Part shown: positions 1-9,170 of the stretch, piece by piece | How positions within the stretch are numbered: position 1 is the first letter of the stretch | Layout: every line of letters starts with the position of its first letter | Source: Eubacteriales bacterium | GTDB lineage: Bacteria; Bacillota; Clostridia; Oscillospirales; JAAYXM01 | Assembly: GCA_045539475.1 (NCBI GenBank) | Contig: JAZQFJ010000085.1 | Coordinates: 22,320 to 86,319 of the forward strand | Reading direction: 5' to 3' | Length of the DNA: 64,000 nt | Notes under the pieces: generated by a model | Database searches by the model: none | Told to the model about the DNA's origin: nothing | The model's input: the letters and a program-made list of their open reading frames with translations, nothing else | Program-made: the position numbers and the translations under genes

Positions 1-134
1 CTTCCGGTTGACTTCAGCTAACTGCTATAATATTACCATAAATTTCCATTCAGGTCAATATCTCTTTTATGTTAAATCGGCAAACAATATTAAAAAAGAT
101 GTGGCCAAAAACAAAGCGTTTTGACCACATACCG

Positions 135-1391
135 TTATATATCATATTCGCGGATGAACTTTTTCCACTTAGGATAAATCATCGCAATAAGAATAAGAGC
201 TATAACACAGAGCACAGCAAGAAGTCCCATAACCACTGTCCAGTTCCACAAATCTGCTACAAGAGCGATTCCGTAGCTCTGAATCACTATTCCCAGTGCG
301 GCACCTGCGTTTACTATTCCGGCAACTTCACCGTTCTTTCCGTATTTTGCAAACCTCATCGAATAGTACTGAGCAAAAAGGCCGGAAGCCGCAGCCATCG
401 CTATTGTCAGAGAAAGGGAAATGATAATGAAGACAACATTGATTTTTCCTACGAGCATGGTGAATAAAAGCATGGGGAGCATCAGGAACGTGAAAAGACG
501 CATACCCTTTATGATATCCGGAATCCGCCTCGGGTAAACAGCCTTTGCTGTAAACATACCAACAAGGCCGGAAAGAATAATAATTATGTTAAGCATATTT
601 CCTATAGCAGGTGATATTTCATCATAGGATTCCATAAGCAGCGTGGGCGCAATATTCTTAAGTCCGAGTTCGATAAGACCACGGATAACTGTGACGGTAA
701 CGAACAGATAGAGTCCGCACTTTTTGAACATAGTTTTACTGCTTGTGTCGAGTGTCTCATTGATCTCAACGTCGCCGTGTATCGGCTTTGCAGGGATGCC
801 GTCATCCGGAACCATTTTTTTCTCGGCACGAGGATAAATGATAAGAAAGCCTATTGCGAAAATGAACAGGAGTATTGCGGAAAGAAGGAAATTGTCCTGC
901 CATCTTTTCATCACTGCTGATAAAATAAACGTAAGACAAAGACCGAAGGTTGAAGCGAAGGTTATGTAATACACTCCGCGAATTCTATGCTCGTGTGCAA
1001 GCTGAGAAGAAACAATTTTAAATATTGCAGGCCACAGCGCAAACTGGAGACAAGCGTTAAGCGTCCATACAACGAGCATTAAATAATAATTCTGATTTAT
1101 ATAGATAACGAGGTTCGCGGTCGCCGCGCCGAGAAGCCCTATTATGATGAGAATATCCGGACGCCAACGGTCGGCAAGGCGTCCGCCGACGATTTGCAAA
1201 GGCGCGTATGCAAGGTAGAAGAGCGCCGTGATAAGTCCGGTCTGGGATTTGGTCATAATCCCTTCGGCTACGATTGAAGCCATGGCTCCGGAGAAGCAGT
1301 TTTTCGTCATGTATACAACCGCGTACATGAGCCACACGTACACAAAAAGCCTGAAACTTGTTTTATGGTCATTAAGGTGTTTTTTGTTCAT
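135..1391 (-). CDS. MFS transporter (organophosphate/sugar-phosphate antiporter-like)
   Basis: ORF 135..1412 is polytopic and hydrophobic, with the MFS loop motif GGRLADRWRP. The track start at 1412 is TTG with no RBS, so I prefer the in-frame ATG at 1391 (MNKKHLN...). Subfamily is from recollection only. Confidence 0.7.
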   Translation of the reverse strand: MNKKHLNDHKTSFRLFVYVWLMYAVVYMTKNCFSGAMASIVAEGIMTKSQTGLITALFYLAYAPLQIVGGRLADRWRPDILIIIGLLGAATANLVIYINQNYYLMLVVWTLNACLQFALWPAIFKIVSSQLAHEHRIRGVYYITFASTFGLCLTFILSAVMKRWQDNFLLSAILLFIFAIGFLIIYPRAEKKMVPDDGIPAKPIHGDVEINETLDTSSKTMFKKCGLYLFVTVTVIRGLIELGLKNIAPTLLMESYDEISPAIGNMLNIIIILSGLVGMFTAKAVYPRRIPDIIKGMRLFTFLMLPMLLFTMLVGKINVVFIIISLSLTIAMAAASGLFAQYYSMRFAKYGKNGEVAGIVNAGAALGIVIQSYGIALVADLWNWTVVMGLLAVLCVIALILIAMIYPKWKKFIREYDI

Positions 1392-1622
1392 TTTCAGGTC
1401 ATCTCTTTTCAAGTTATATCAAATGTTTTCAAGCAAATATTATTATAGGTTATCAATAAAAAAATGTCAATGTACAAATTTGCATTATTTTTGCACTTTA
1501 GTTACAAAAACGGGGAAAGAATATAATCAATATTGAGTGATGTTTTAATAAAATAATGCTTTACACTGCTCCGTAATTATGATAAAATGAATATAATCGA
1601 AATTTGTTTTGAGGTGAAATTA

Positions 1623-3599
1623 ATGAAAACGGTAAAACAGCAGACAATTGATACGATGCGCGTGCTTGCGGCAGAAGCTATCGATAAGGCAAAATCCGGA
1701 CATCCGGGTATTGCTCTCGGTGCTATGCCGATGGCATACACTCTTTGGGCAGAGAAAATGAAGCACAGCCCGAAAAACTCAAAGTGGCAGAACCGCGACC
1801 GCTTTATTCTTTCCTCCGGTCACGGCTCGGCGATGCTTTATTCGCTTCTCCATATGTTTGATTACGGTCTTACGCTTGATGACCTTAAGGCTTTCCGTCA
1901 GGAAGGCAGCAAGACTCCGGGACATCCGGAGTACCGCGAGGTAAACGGCGTTGAGATTACCACAGGTCCGCTTGGACAGGGTATTGCAAACGGTGTCGGT
2001 TTTGCAATGGCAGAGCGCCGTCTTGCATCAATGTTCAACCGCGACGGTATGGATATTGTTGACCACTATACATATGTTCTTTGCGGCGACGGTTGCCTTA
2101 TGGAAGGTATTGCATCTGAGGCAGCTTCCCTTGCAGGAACACTCGGACTTGGAAAGCTTATAGTGCTTTATGATTCAAACTCCATAACAATTGAAGGAAG
2201 CACCGATATTGCATTTACAGAAGATGTGTGTGCACGCTTTGAAGCATATGGCTGGCAGACTCTCTCCGTTGCAGACGGCAACGACACCGATGTTATCGCG
2301 GCTGCGATTGACGAAGCAAAGGCAGAGAAGAACAAGCCGACTCTTATCAAGATTACAACCGAAATCGGTTACGGCGCTCCGAATGCAGGAACAAGCCAGG
2401 TTCACGGTGAGGCTCTCGGTGCAGAAAAGCTTGCAAAGCTTAAAGAAAACCTTGAGATGCCGGCAGAAGAGTTCTTCGTGGCAGACGAGGTTTACGCTCA
2501 TATGAAGGAAATTGTTTCCGAGCTCAACAAGAACGAGGATGAATGGAACAAGATCTTCTCCGATTACGCAAAAAAATATCCGGAGCTTGCAAAAGAATGG
2601 GAAGCTCTTATGTCCGGCGAGCTCGATATGGCAGCTCTTGATTCCGATGAATTCTGGGGCTTTGAAAATAAGGCAAACGCTACGCGTAATCTCTCCGGCG
2701 AGATGATAAACCGCCTTGCAAAGATTATGCCGAGCCTCTTTGGTGGCTCTGCTGACCTTGCACCGTCTAACAAGACAAACATCAAGGAAGGCGGAGATTA
2801 CAGCAAGAACGATTATGCAGGCCGCAACATCCACTTTGGTGTTCGTGAGCATGCAATGGGCGCTATTGCAAACGCAATGGCAGCATACGGCGGCATTCAT
2901 CCGTTTGTTGCAACCTTCTTTGTGTTCTCGGATTACTTAAAGCCGGCTATGCGTCTTTCAGCTCTTATGGAGCTTCCGGTAACATACGTCTTCTCGCATG
3001 ACTCCATCGGTGTCGGCGAGGACGGTCCGACTCATCAGCCGATTGAGCAGCTTGCTGCAATGCGCTCTATCCCGGGATTTGTTGATTTCCGTCCGGCTGA
3101 CGGACATGAAACTGCTGCTGCATGGTACTATGCAGTTACAAACGGCAAGCATCCGGTAGGTATCGCGCTTACACGTCAGAACCTCCCGTACTATGAAGAG
3201 ACAGGTAAGGCTGCACTCAAGGGCGGTTATGTCCTCCGCGACAGCGACAATGCAGAGGTTATCCTTATCGGCTCCGGTTCAGAGCTTGAGCTTTGCTACA
3301 AGGCATATGACGAGCTTAAGGCAGCGGGAATTGCTGCACGCGTTGTTTCTATGCCGTCTGTTGCGCTCTTCGAGATGCAGAGTGAGGAATATCGCGAGAG
3401 CGTTCTTCCGAAGAGCATCCGTGCAAGAGTTTTTGTTGAGGCAGGCTGTGGCTTCGGTCTTGACCGCTATGTAGGTCTTGACGGTGCAAAGATTTGCATG
3501 GAAGGCTTCGGTGCTTCGGCTCCGTATTCAAAGCTCTTCCCGAAGTTCGGCTTTACTGTTGAAAACGTTGTTGCAACAGCAAAAAAGCTTGTAAAGTAA
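1623..3599 (+). CDS. tkt: transketolase
   Basis: SGHPG N-terminal ThDP motif, GDGCLMEG motif, about 660 aa. GAGGTG RBS lies just upstream of ATG 1623; the track ORF starts 36 nt earlier at 1587. Confidence 0.95.
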   Translation: MKTVKQQTIDTMRVLAAEAIDKAKSGHPGIALGAMPMAYTLWAEKMKHSPKNSKWQNRDRFILSSGHGSAMLYSLLHMFDYGLTLDDLKAFRQEGSKTPGHPEYREVNGVEITTGPLGQGIANGVGFAMAERRLASMFNRDGMDIVDHYTYVLCGDGCLMEGIASEAASLAGTLGLGKLIVLYDSNSITIEGSTDIAFTEDVCARFEAYGWQTLSVADGNDTDVIAAAIDEAKAEKNKPTLIKITTEIGYGAPNAGTSQVHGEALGAEKLAKLKENLEMPAEEFFVADEVYAHMKEIVSELNKNEDEWNKIFSDYAKKYPELAKEWEALMSGELDMAALDSDEFWGFENKANATRNLSGEMINRLAKIMPSLFGGSADLAPSNKTNIKEGGDYSKNDYAGRNIHFGVREHAMGAIANAMAAYGGIHPFVATFFVFSDYLKPAMRLSALMELPVTYVFSHDSIGVGEDGPTHQPIEQLAAMRSIPGFVDFRPADGHETAAAWYYAVTNGKHPVGIALTRQNLPYYEETGKAALKGGYVLRDSDNAEVILIGSGSELELCYKAYDELKAAGIAARVVSMPSVALFEMQSEEYRESVLPKSIRARVFVEAGCGFGLDRYVGLDGAKICMEGFGASAPYSKLFPKFGFTVENVVATAKKLVK

Positions 3600-3614
3600 A
3601 CTGAATATCAAAGT

Positions 3615-3649
3615 GCCGGGAACTGCGTTTTAGCAGCTCCCGGTTTTTT
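3615..3649 (+). terminator. rho-independent terminator after tkt
   Basis: Stem GCCGGGAACTGC / GCAGCTCCCGG (one mismatch) followed by a T6 run. Confidence 0.8.
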
Positions 3650-3718
3650 AATTGACAAGCAATGCTTGATATGGTAAAATTTATTTGATTTAAAATCAGA
3701 TGAAAAGAGGTTTTTTAT

Positions 3719-4405
3719 ATGAAACGTTCGAAAATAAATGCCGCTCTGCGAGAGCTTGAAGCAATGTGCGAAAAGCATTGCTGTTATCTGCCGCCCTTCT
3801 GCCATTTTACTCCCGAGGAGTGGAAGGAAAAGGGGCACGAGTATGATGAGGTTCGCGAATGTATGCTCGGCTGGGATATTACCGACTACGGTAAGGGGGA
3901 TTTTGACAAGTTCGGCTTCTCGCTTATAACGATAAGAAACGGTAACCGTAAAATGGCGGAAAAATACCCCAAGGTTTATGCTGAAAAGCTCCTCTATTTA
4001 AAAGAAGGGCAATATGCACCGAATCATTTCCATTGGTATAAAACAGAGGATATAATCAACCGCGGCGGGGGAAATGTTCTTATCCGAGTATATAACAGTC
4101 TTCCCAACGAGGAGATTGATTATGAGACCGATGTGACGGTGTATACGGACGGAAGAGCGTACACCGTTGCGGCGGGCACACAGATTCGTTTGGCTCCGGG
4201 AGAAAGCATATACATACCGCAGTATCTTTATCACGATTTTGAGGTTGAGAAAGGAAGCGGAGCCGTGCTTCTCGGCGAGGTAAGCCAGTGCAATGATGAC
4301 AGCAACGACAACCGTTTTAATCCTCCTGTCGGCCGCTTCCCGGAAATTGAAGAGGATGAGCCACCGTATCGCTTGCTCTGCAATGAGTATCCGAAGGCGA
4401 AATAA
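3719..4405 (+). CDS. D-lyxose/D-mannose isomerase-like cupin protein
   Basis: 228 aa. N-terminus MKRSKINAALRE...LPPF and the cupin core (NHFHWYKTEDIINRGGG...YHDF) match my recollection of the YdaE-type lyxose ketol-isomerase family. Confidence 0.7.
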   Translation: MKRSKINAALRELEAMCEKHCCYLPPFCHFTPEEWKEKGHEYDEVRECMLGWDITDYGKGDFDKFGFSLITIRNGNRKMAEKYPKVYAEKLLYLKEGQYAPNHFHWYKTEDIINRGGGNVLIRVYNSLPNEEIDYETDVTVYTDGRAYTVAAGTQIRLAPGESIYIPQYLYHDFEVEKGSGAVLLGEVSQCNDDSNDNRFNPPVGRFPEIEEDEPPYRLLCNEYPKAK

Positions 4406-4546
4406 TTAAAAAGAAAAAAATAATAGTGGATATCTTGTAGCTTTCATTTTAATTTCGCAAAATTTGCCATGTAAAAATTACAACTTATATAACTCTTTGA
4501 ACGGTTCAAAATACTATTGTACCAAGTTCAAGGAGGTGAATTTGAA

Positions 4547-4789
4547 ATGGCAATCGTTCCGAATGCACAGGATGCACTCAATAAGTTCAAGATGGAAGCT
4601 GCAAGCGAGGTTGGTGTTAACCTCAAGCAGGGTTACAATGGTGACCTCACTTCCCGTCAGGCAGGTTCTATCGGCGGTCAGATGGTTAATGACATTTGTC
4701 CCGAAAGAACTATGAACTTTGACCGCAATTACCGTTGGCTTGACGGACACATTAAAACTGTCGGATACACCTATAGAATAACGGTTTAG
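4547..4789 (+). CDS. alpha/beta-type small acid-soluble spore protein with aberrant C-terminus
   Basis: AAGGAGGTG RBS, then MAIVPNAQDALNKFKMEAASEVGVNL...LTSRQAGSIGGQMV matches the SASP signature. After GGQMV the conserved K-R-hydrophobic helix is replaced by an unrelated 33-aa tail. Confidence 0.8.
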   Translation: MAIVPNAQDALNKFKMEAASEVGVNLKQGYNGDLTSRQAGSIGGQMVNDICPERTMNFDRNYRWLDGHIKTVGYTYRITV

Positions 4790-4793
4790 AGAT

Positions 4794-4833
4794 ACTACGC
4801 ATGGCAATATAATCGCTGTGCGTAGTGTTTTTT
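4794..4833 (+). terminator. terminator after SASP gene
   Basis: Stem ACTACGCA / TGCGTAGT, 17-nt loop, followed by GTTTTTT. Confidence 0.6.
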
Positions 4834-4915
4834 AGAAATTCTAATTTTGTTGTTGTATTTTACTTAAAATTAGTATACAATAATTACAGCAGATAATATA
4901 AGGGAGGTTTTTTAT

Positions 4916-5161
4916 ATGCCAAATATCAGGCCTGTTTCGGATTTAAGAAATTACGCGGAAGTATTAAAAGAAATTTCATTTGATGAGCCGGTGTTTCTCA
5001 CGAAAAACGGCAGAGGTCGTTATGCGATTGTGGATATGGAAGAATATGAAAAAACAAAAGCAATCATTAAACTTATGGGAAAACTGTCTGAAGGAGAAAA
5101 ATCGGTAAAAGAAAACGGTTGGTTATCTAATGACGATGTAAAAGCTGCTTTGGGGGTATAA
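4916..5161 (+). CDS. type II antitoxin, Phd/YefM-like
   Basis: 81 aa. MPNIRPVSDLRNYAEVL...PVFLTKNGRGRYAIVDMEEYE is typical of Phd/YefM. TAATG overlap with the downstream toxin gene. Confidence 0.85.
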   Translation: MPNIRPVSDLRNYAEVLKEISFDEPVFLTKNGRGRYAIVDMEEYEKTKAIIKLMGKLSEGEKSVKENGWLSNDDVKAALGV

Positions 5162-5493
5162 TGATGAAAATACGAGTTACCCCTGCAGCACTGAATGATT
5201 TAAAAGAAATCAGATATTATATTGAAAATGATTTGTCAAATCTCATAGCTGCAAACAATGTGATTAAGCGTATCATTGAGGATTATAGCCGTCTCGGAAT
5301 TTCTCCCCATATGGGACCATCGTTATCAACTAAAGCGCCGTTTGATACAGATTCCCGCTTTATCGTAAGCGGGAATTATCTTGTATTCTACAAAGCTGAT
5401 GATGAGTATGTCTCAATTTATCGTATCTTATATGGTCGCCGTGATTATCTTAAAATTATTTTTGATGATATGGAATTAAACGACGAAGAATAA
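5161..5493 (+). CDS. type II toxin, ParE/RelE family
   Basis: 110 aa. AALNDLKEIRYYI...YLVFYK...VSIYRILYGRRDY is the ParE-type pattern. Translationally coupled to the antitoxin. Confidence 0.85.
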   Translation: MMKIRVTPAALNDLKEIRYYIENDLSNLIAANNVIKRIIEDYSRLGISPHMGPSLSTKAPFDTDSRFIVSGNYLVFYKADDEYVSIYRILYGRRDYLKIIFDDMELNDEE

Positions 5494-5572
5494 AAGAACA
5501 CTTTCGAGGTGCACAAAAAACAATCCAGTATAAATATAATATAATGGTATGAAATAAGTTATACAAGAATAA

Positions 5573-5610
5573 AGAAGCAGGAGCTGTCATCTAAAACAGC
5601 TCCTGCTTCT
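5573..5610. terminator. 15-bp perfect hairpin shared by convergent transcripts
   Basis: AGAAGCAGGAGCTGT / ACAGCTCCTGCTTCT with an 8-nt loop. The T-rich flank is on the minus-strand side. The loop contains the stop codon of the 56-aa minus-strand ORF. Confidence 0.7.
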
Positions 5611-5761
5611 TGCTTGCGCCGCTTGGGTGTGCAGCACAGTTCTTAGCTATCAGTAGTTTCATTTTATTGCGTTCTTCTTCTGTGATAATGCCCTTCTCAA
5701 ATAAGATCCGGTTGAAGTAATTGAGATATACCTGTTTTGCGATATTTGTTGTAGCATCCAT
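5591..5761 (-). CDS. small hypothetical protein (56 aa), MGE-associated
   Basis: Below the ORF-track cutoff. AGGAGG RBS 8 nt upstream of ATG (complement of 5759-5761). Hand translation: MDATTNIAKQVYLNYFNRILFEKGIITEEERNKMKLLIAKNCAAHPSGASKKQELF. Last gene of the primase operon. Confidence 0.55.
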   Translation of the reverse strand: MDATTNIAKQVYLNYFNRILFEKGIITEEERNKMKLLIAKNCAAHPSGASKKQELF

Positions 5762-5810
5762 GCTGCACACCTCCTTTCGTACTATGTATTATGCGCAAGC
5801 ATCGCCTTCT

Positions 5811-6065
5811 TTAATCGCTTTCCGGCTGCTTCATTTCTCGGATATAATATATGTGATTCATATCCAGAGTTTCTGGAACAGTACAGAAATCCGGCAGCAT
5901 CGCTTCTGCTACTTCTTTTGCGTGTAGTGTGGCTTCTTCCTTGGTGTTGAAGCCTTTCGTTCTCAAGCCTTTCATGTATTTCTGACAGGCTTTCACTCTT
6001 GACCATTTGTTACAAACAGCAACACAGTTGTATGCGTTAACTGCATAATAATAGTGATTACGCAT
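5811..6065 (-). CDS. RNase H1 N-terminal hybrid-binding-domain (viroplasmin/Cauli_VI)-like protein
   Basis: 84 aa. YYYAV...W..V...V.G....KGFNTKEEA matches the HBD pattern (YYAV / W / KGF.T.EEA). GGAGGAGG RBS. Confidence 0.55.
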   Translation of the reverse strand: MRNHYYYAVNAYNCVAVCNKWSRVKACQKYMKGLRTKGFNTKEEATLHAKEVAEAMLPDFCTVPETLDMNHIYYIREMKQPESD

Positions 6066-6079
6066 GTTTTACCTCCTCC

Positions 6080-7642
6080 TTATAGAATTTGAGTATCAAA
6101 AATTTCCGGGATAAAGCTGATTCCACGATATCCTCTTAATGCTTTTTTCTTGCCATCTTCATCTTTGATATTGATAATGGTTTTTTTGCAGTCATGTATC
6201 TTGGTTAATATCTCAGACCACTCGCGCGGATCCAGGAAGGAATAACCATTTTCCTCGCAGTATGCCATGTATTTTTCGATTATTTCCTGCGTTGTCAGTT
6301 TGCCATCTGGATTCTGCTGAATGTATTTTTTAGCAAATGGAGAAAATGAGTCAGATGCCATAATTGCGGCCTCTTTGATTCTTACCATAGCCTCTGTCTG
6401 GTTTATCACATTGCCGTCCTCGCGCCAGTATTTTAGCCCTTTGATGGCATAGTGAATAATGTGATACATGTCTCCTAAGAGTTCATCAACATAGTTATCC
6501 TTCCATTCGCTTCTGTCCGCTGTGCGCAATAGAGGATAGATAACCAGACGGTCGTAAAAGGAATCCGTTTCGTTGATGACTTTTATCTTCGGGAAAGTAT
6601 TTGTGGCGAACTTGAGCATAGTGCGAGGTTTCATAGAGAATGAATCGCAAAACTTATACGAAGTTTCTACGCTGTCTCCACCTACAAGAGCCTTGAAACA
6701 TTCAAGTTTCTTCTCGGTTATTCCTTCCATTTCTCCTGTCAGGTTTATGCGTGTGCCGTGTAAAGAGCTAAGCGTGAAGTCACTGGTGTTCAACTGCGAG
6801 AAGGAGAGTGATGAACACATTTCGGGACCTACGACATACCTGTCAACCTCGAGCAGAACCGTTTTTCCGCTATTCGGAGGGCCGAATAAAACCTCGGCAA
6901 TCTTTTTGTCCCTGATGTCACTGTATGTCAGTCCGTGCGACTTTAAATATTCCCTGCGGGTCGCTTTGTCATCGCCGAAAGCAAATTCCAAGTGTCTTTT
7001 GTATGCACCGTTCTTTTGCTGTTCAAGCTTTTTGAAATCTGCATTCAGTTTATACCTGAACACCAGTTTTTCTCGTTCTTTCGGATCGTCAATTATTTCA
7101 TCTGTGACCCAATTATAGGCACAGTCTTTGAAGTTTAAATAATCGGTGTATTTTTCAAAGACATGATGTTCATCCTTTAAATAGCATAGTAACCAGTTGT
7201 ATATCTCCTGTAAGGAGTTTCTGTTTATTGCTGAAGAATAACAAGATGGAATTATCCTTCTCAAAACAGTATTTATGTTTGATGGTTTTATTATTTCTAG
7301 GTAAAAATACCATCTGTTACGGTGATAAATATGTCCGTCGATTTTTCTGAATTCCGGGATGATATCCATTGCTATATCAAAGGGCGTATGCTTTTTCTTG
7401 TTTTCTTCGACAGCTGTCGTATCAACTTTAAACTCGGTGGCGGTTTCTCTTTTCGGAGCAATCTCCGGTTCATCGGGTGGGACTTTGAAAATATTTTCAT
7501 CTTCTTCTACCTCTTTTGGTTTGTTAAGTTCTTTCTTTTTTTCTAAAACTGATTGTCTCCTTTCTTCCAGCTTCTTTTGTCTTCGGTCATATTGTTCGTT
7601 GAAGCTTTTGAGAATTAACTCCATAGATTCTGTTTTTGGCAT
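6080..7642 (-). CDS. P4-family primase C-terminal / SF3 helicase-like NTPase
   Basis: Walker A FGPPNSGKT, followed by a region typical of D5/P4 NTPases. I prefer the ATG at 7642 (AGGAGG RBS) over the track start at 7708, which has no RBS. No obvious primase catalytic domain seen. Confidence 0.7.
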   Translation of the reverse strand: MPKTESMELILKSFNEQYDRRQKKLEERRQSVLEKKKELNKPKEVEEDENIFKVPPDEPEIAPKRETATEFKVDTTAVEENKKKHTPFDIAMDIIPEFRKIDGHIYHRNRWYFYLEIIKPSNINTVLRRIIPSCYSSAINRNSLQEIYNWLLCYLKDEHHVFEKYTDYLNFKDCAYNWVTDEIIDDPKEREKLVFRYKLNADFKKLEQQKNGAYKRHLEFAFGDDKATRREYLKSHGLTYSDIRDKKIAEVLFGPPNSGKTVLLEVDRYVVGPEMCSSLSFSQLNTSDFTLSSLHGTRINLTGEMEGITEKKLECFKALVGGDSVETSYKFCDSFSMKPRTMLKFATNTFPKIKVINETDSFYDRLVIYPLLRTADRSEWKDNYVDELLGDMYHIIHYAIKGLKYWREDGNVINQTEAMVRIKEAAIMASDSFSPFAKKYIQQNPDGKLTTQEIIEKYMAYCEENGYSFLDPREWSEILTKIHDCKKTIINIKDEDGKKKALRGYRGISFIPEIFDTQIL

Positions 7643-7853
7643 TTTAAGTCCTCCTGCAATATTTTTAATTTTTGAGACATACGTCTCTTGATTTTTCAAC
7701 ACGGCCATGTTAAAATATTAGTACATCAGCGAATTCTATTGGCGTTGATGTATGCATATAATACACGAAAAATATGGGGATTTCAATAGGAAAAACGATA
7801 TCTGAGTACACATATATTTTTGAAAACTATTCGTACAATCAGGAGGGGTTAGC

Positions 7854-9137
7854 GTGGATGTAATTAAAACCCAAAACACTTTGCTTTTTAATAATTATGT
7901 TGAAATCAACGAACGGAAAATTTCCATGTGCAGATATGGTGGCGTTTATATATCCGGGCTTACTTTCAATGCAAAATCAAAATTGCCTATATTTTCTAAT
8001 GAAGATATAGGTAACATGATTGCTATGCTTCTTAATTCTGAATATCGCGAGAAATTAAATAAATTAACCATATCAATCCGGGAAGCTACATGTGCCACAA
8101 ACGACTACGAAAAAATTATTAGCAAGTATTCAGAACAGTTAGAATCAATTAGCCCGCTATTAAGACTTTTTTCAGAAAATCTATTTTTAGAGGAGTTTAT
8201 ATTTCAGATTATTGAAAATAAGCGAAGATCTTCAAAGGATTCAATAACGTTTGCTGATTTAAGTGTCAGTATCATAGAGAATGTATCACATTTCACGGAA
8301 TATTTGAACATAGATGCATATATAGAATCGTTTATTTCGGAATATATAAAATCGATGTTCAGTGCAACTATTTCGCCCGTAACAAAATTGTTGAATTCTT
8401 TGGATTTGCTAAAATTCGCATTGACCTCTGATGCTGACAACTCTATCCCGGAGCTGATGATATTAGAGAAAATAGGCTGGATTATCAAATCGTCAAACAT
8501 AGAAATTCTCGATGATTATACGAAGTTCATCCCGAATCTGTTTACTTATAATTCCAGAAAACCTACTTTCTTGAAAGAAAACACAATGTGCAAAAAGGGT
8601 TCTTATACTTATTCATACATTCTCAATCGATTCGAACATTTGGTTTTTGTGCTTTTATATCATACGCTTGCAGGTAAGATGTTGTTGAGGTCATGCGAAT
8701 GTTGCGGGAGGATTTTTATAGCTAAAAGACCCAACAATATATATTGTGACGGTGTGGATCCGGAATCCGGCAAATTATGTGTGAAATACGGCCCACATAA
8801 AGCAAAACAAGAAATGTCAGAAATTGATAAATTATGCGTAAGGATAATGGAAAATCATCGCATATATTTTTCCAGACATCTAAAAGAAGCAAAAGAACTT
8901 GACGCTATCAAAGAGATTTTTAAAGATTGTTCGAAAATGGCTTATGTCAAGGCAAGGTTGGAATTAAAAATTGAAGTAGAAAAATATATAAAGAATGCTA
9001 CTAATCACAATTCAGATAAATCAGGAAACGAGGCATTTCCGAAGATCAAGAAAGCTTTGAGTATTTTATGCAACAAATATAGCAGTACTGAGTATATTGC
9101 TACAAAAATTAATGAAATTATGAAAGAGAGTCGATGA
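7854..9137 (+). CDS. hypothetical MGE protein with C-terminal Zn-ribbon (possibly DUF6076-like)
   Basis: 427 aa. GTG start after AGGAGGGG. Cys cluster CECCGRIFIAKRPNNIYCDG...CVKYG. The family name is unverified recollection. Confidence 0.6.
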   Translation: MDVIKTQNTLLFNNYVEINERKISMCRYGGVYISGLTFNAKSKLPIFSNEDIGNMIAMLLNSEYREKLNKLTISIREATCATNDYEKIISKYSEQLESISPLLRLFSENLFLEEFIFQIIENKRRSSKDSITFADLSVSIIENVSHFTEYLNIDAYIESFISEYIKSMFSATISPVTKLLNSLDLLKFALTSDADNSIPELMILEKIGWIIKSSNIEILDDYTKFIPNLFTYNSRKPTFLKENTMCKKGSYTYSYILNRFEHLVFVLLYHTLAGKMLLRSCECCGRIFIAKRPNNIYCDGVDPESGKLCVKYGPHKAKQEMSEIDKLCVRIMENHRIYFSRHLKEAKELDAIKEIFKDCSKMAYVKARLELKIEVEKYIKNATNHNSDKSGNEAFPKIKKALSILCNKYSSTEYIATKINEIMKESR

Positions 9138-9170
9138 TGTCTGTGAAACATCATCGACTCTCTTTTTCTT
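9125..9170 (+). terminator. rho-independent terminator
   Basis: 15-bp perfect stem AGAGAGTCGATGATG / CATCATCGACTCTCT followed by TTTTCTT. Overlaps the stop codon. Confidence 0.85.

Noticed and set aside
69-467. Plus-strand 132-aa ORF at the window start.
   Set aside because: It is entirely antisense to the MFS transporter gene, and its translation is not protein-like.
4440-4546. Sigma-G/forespore-type promoter upstream of the SASP gene (AATACTA-like -10).
   Set aside because: I could not find a convincing -35 (GnATA-type) at the correct spacing. Calling it would be guesswork.
6573-7691. Plus-strand ORFs 6573..7118, 7322..7546 and 7359..7691 inside the primase gene.
   Set aside because: They are antisense shadows with Ser/Phe-rich low-complexity translations. 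The sense gene has a Walker A motif and an RBS.
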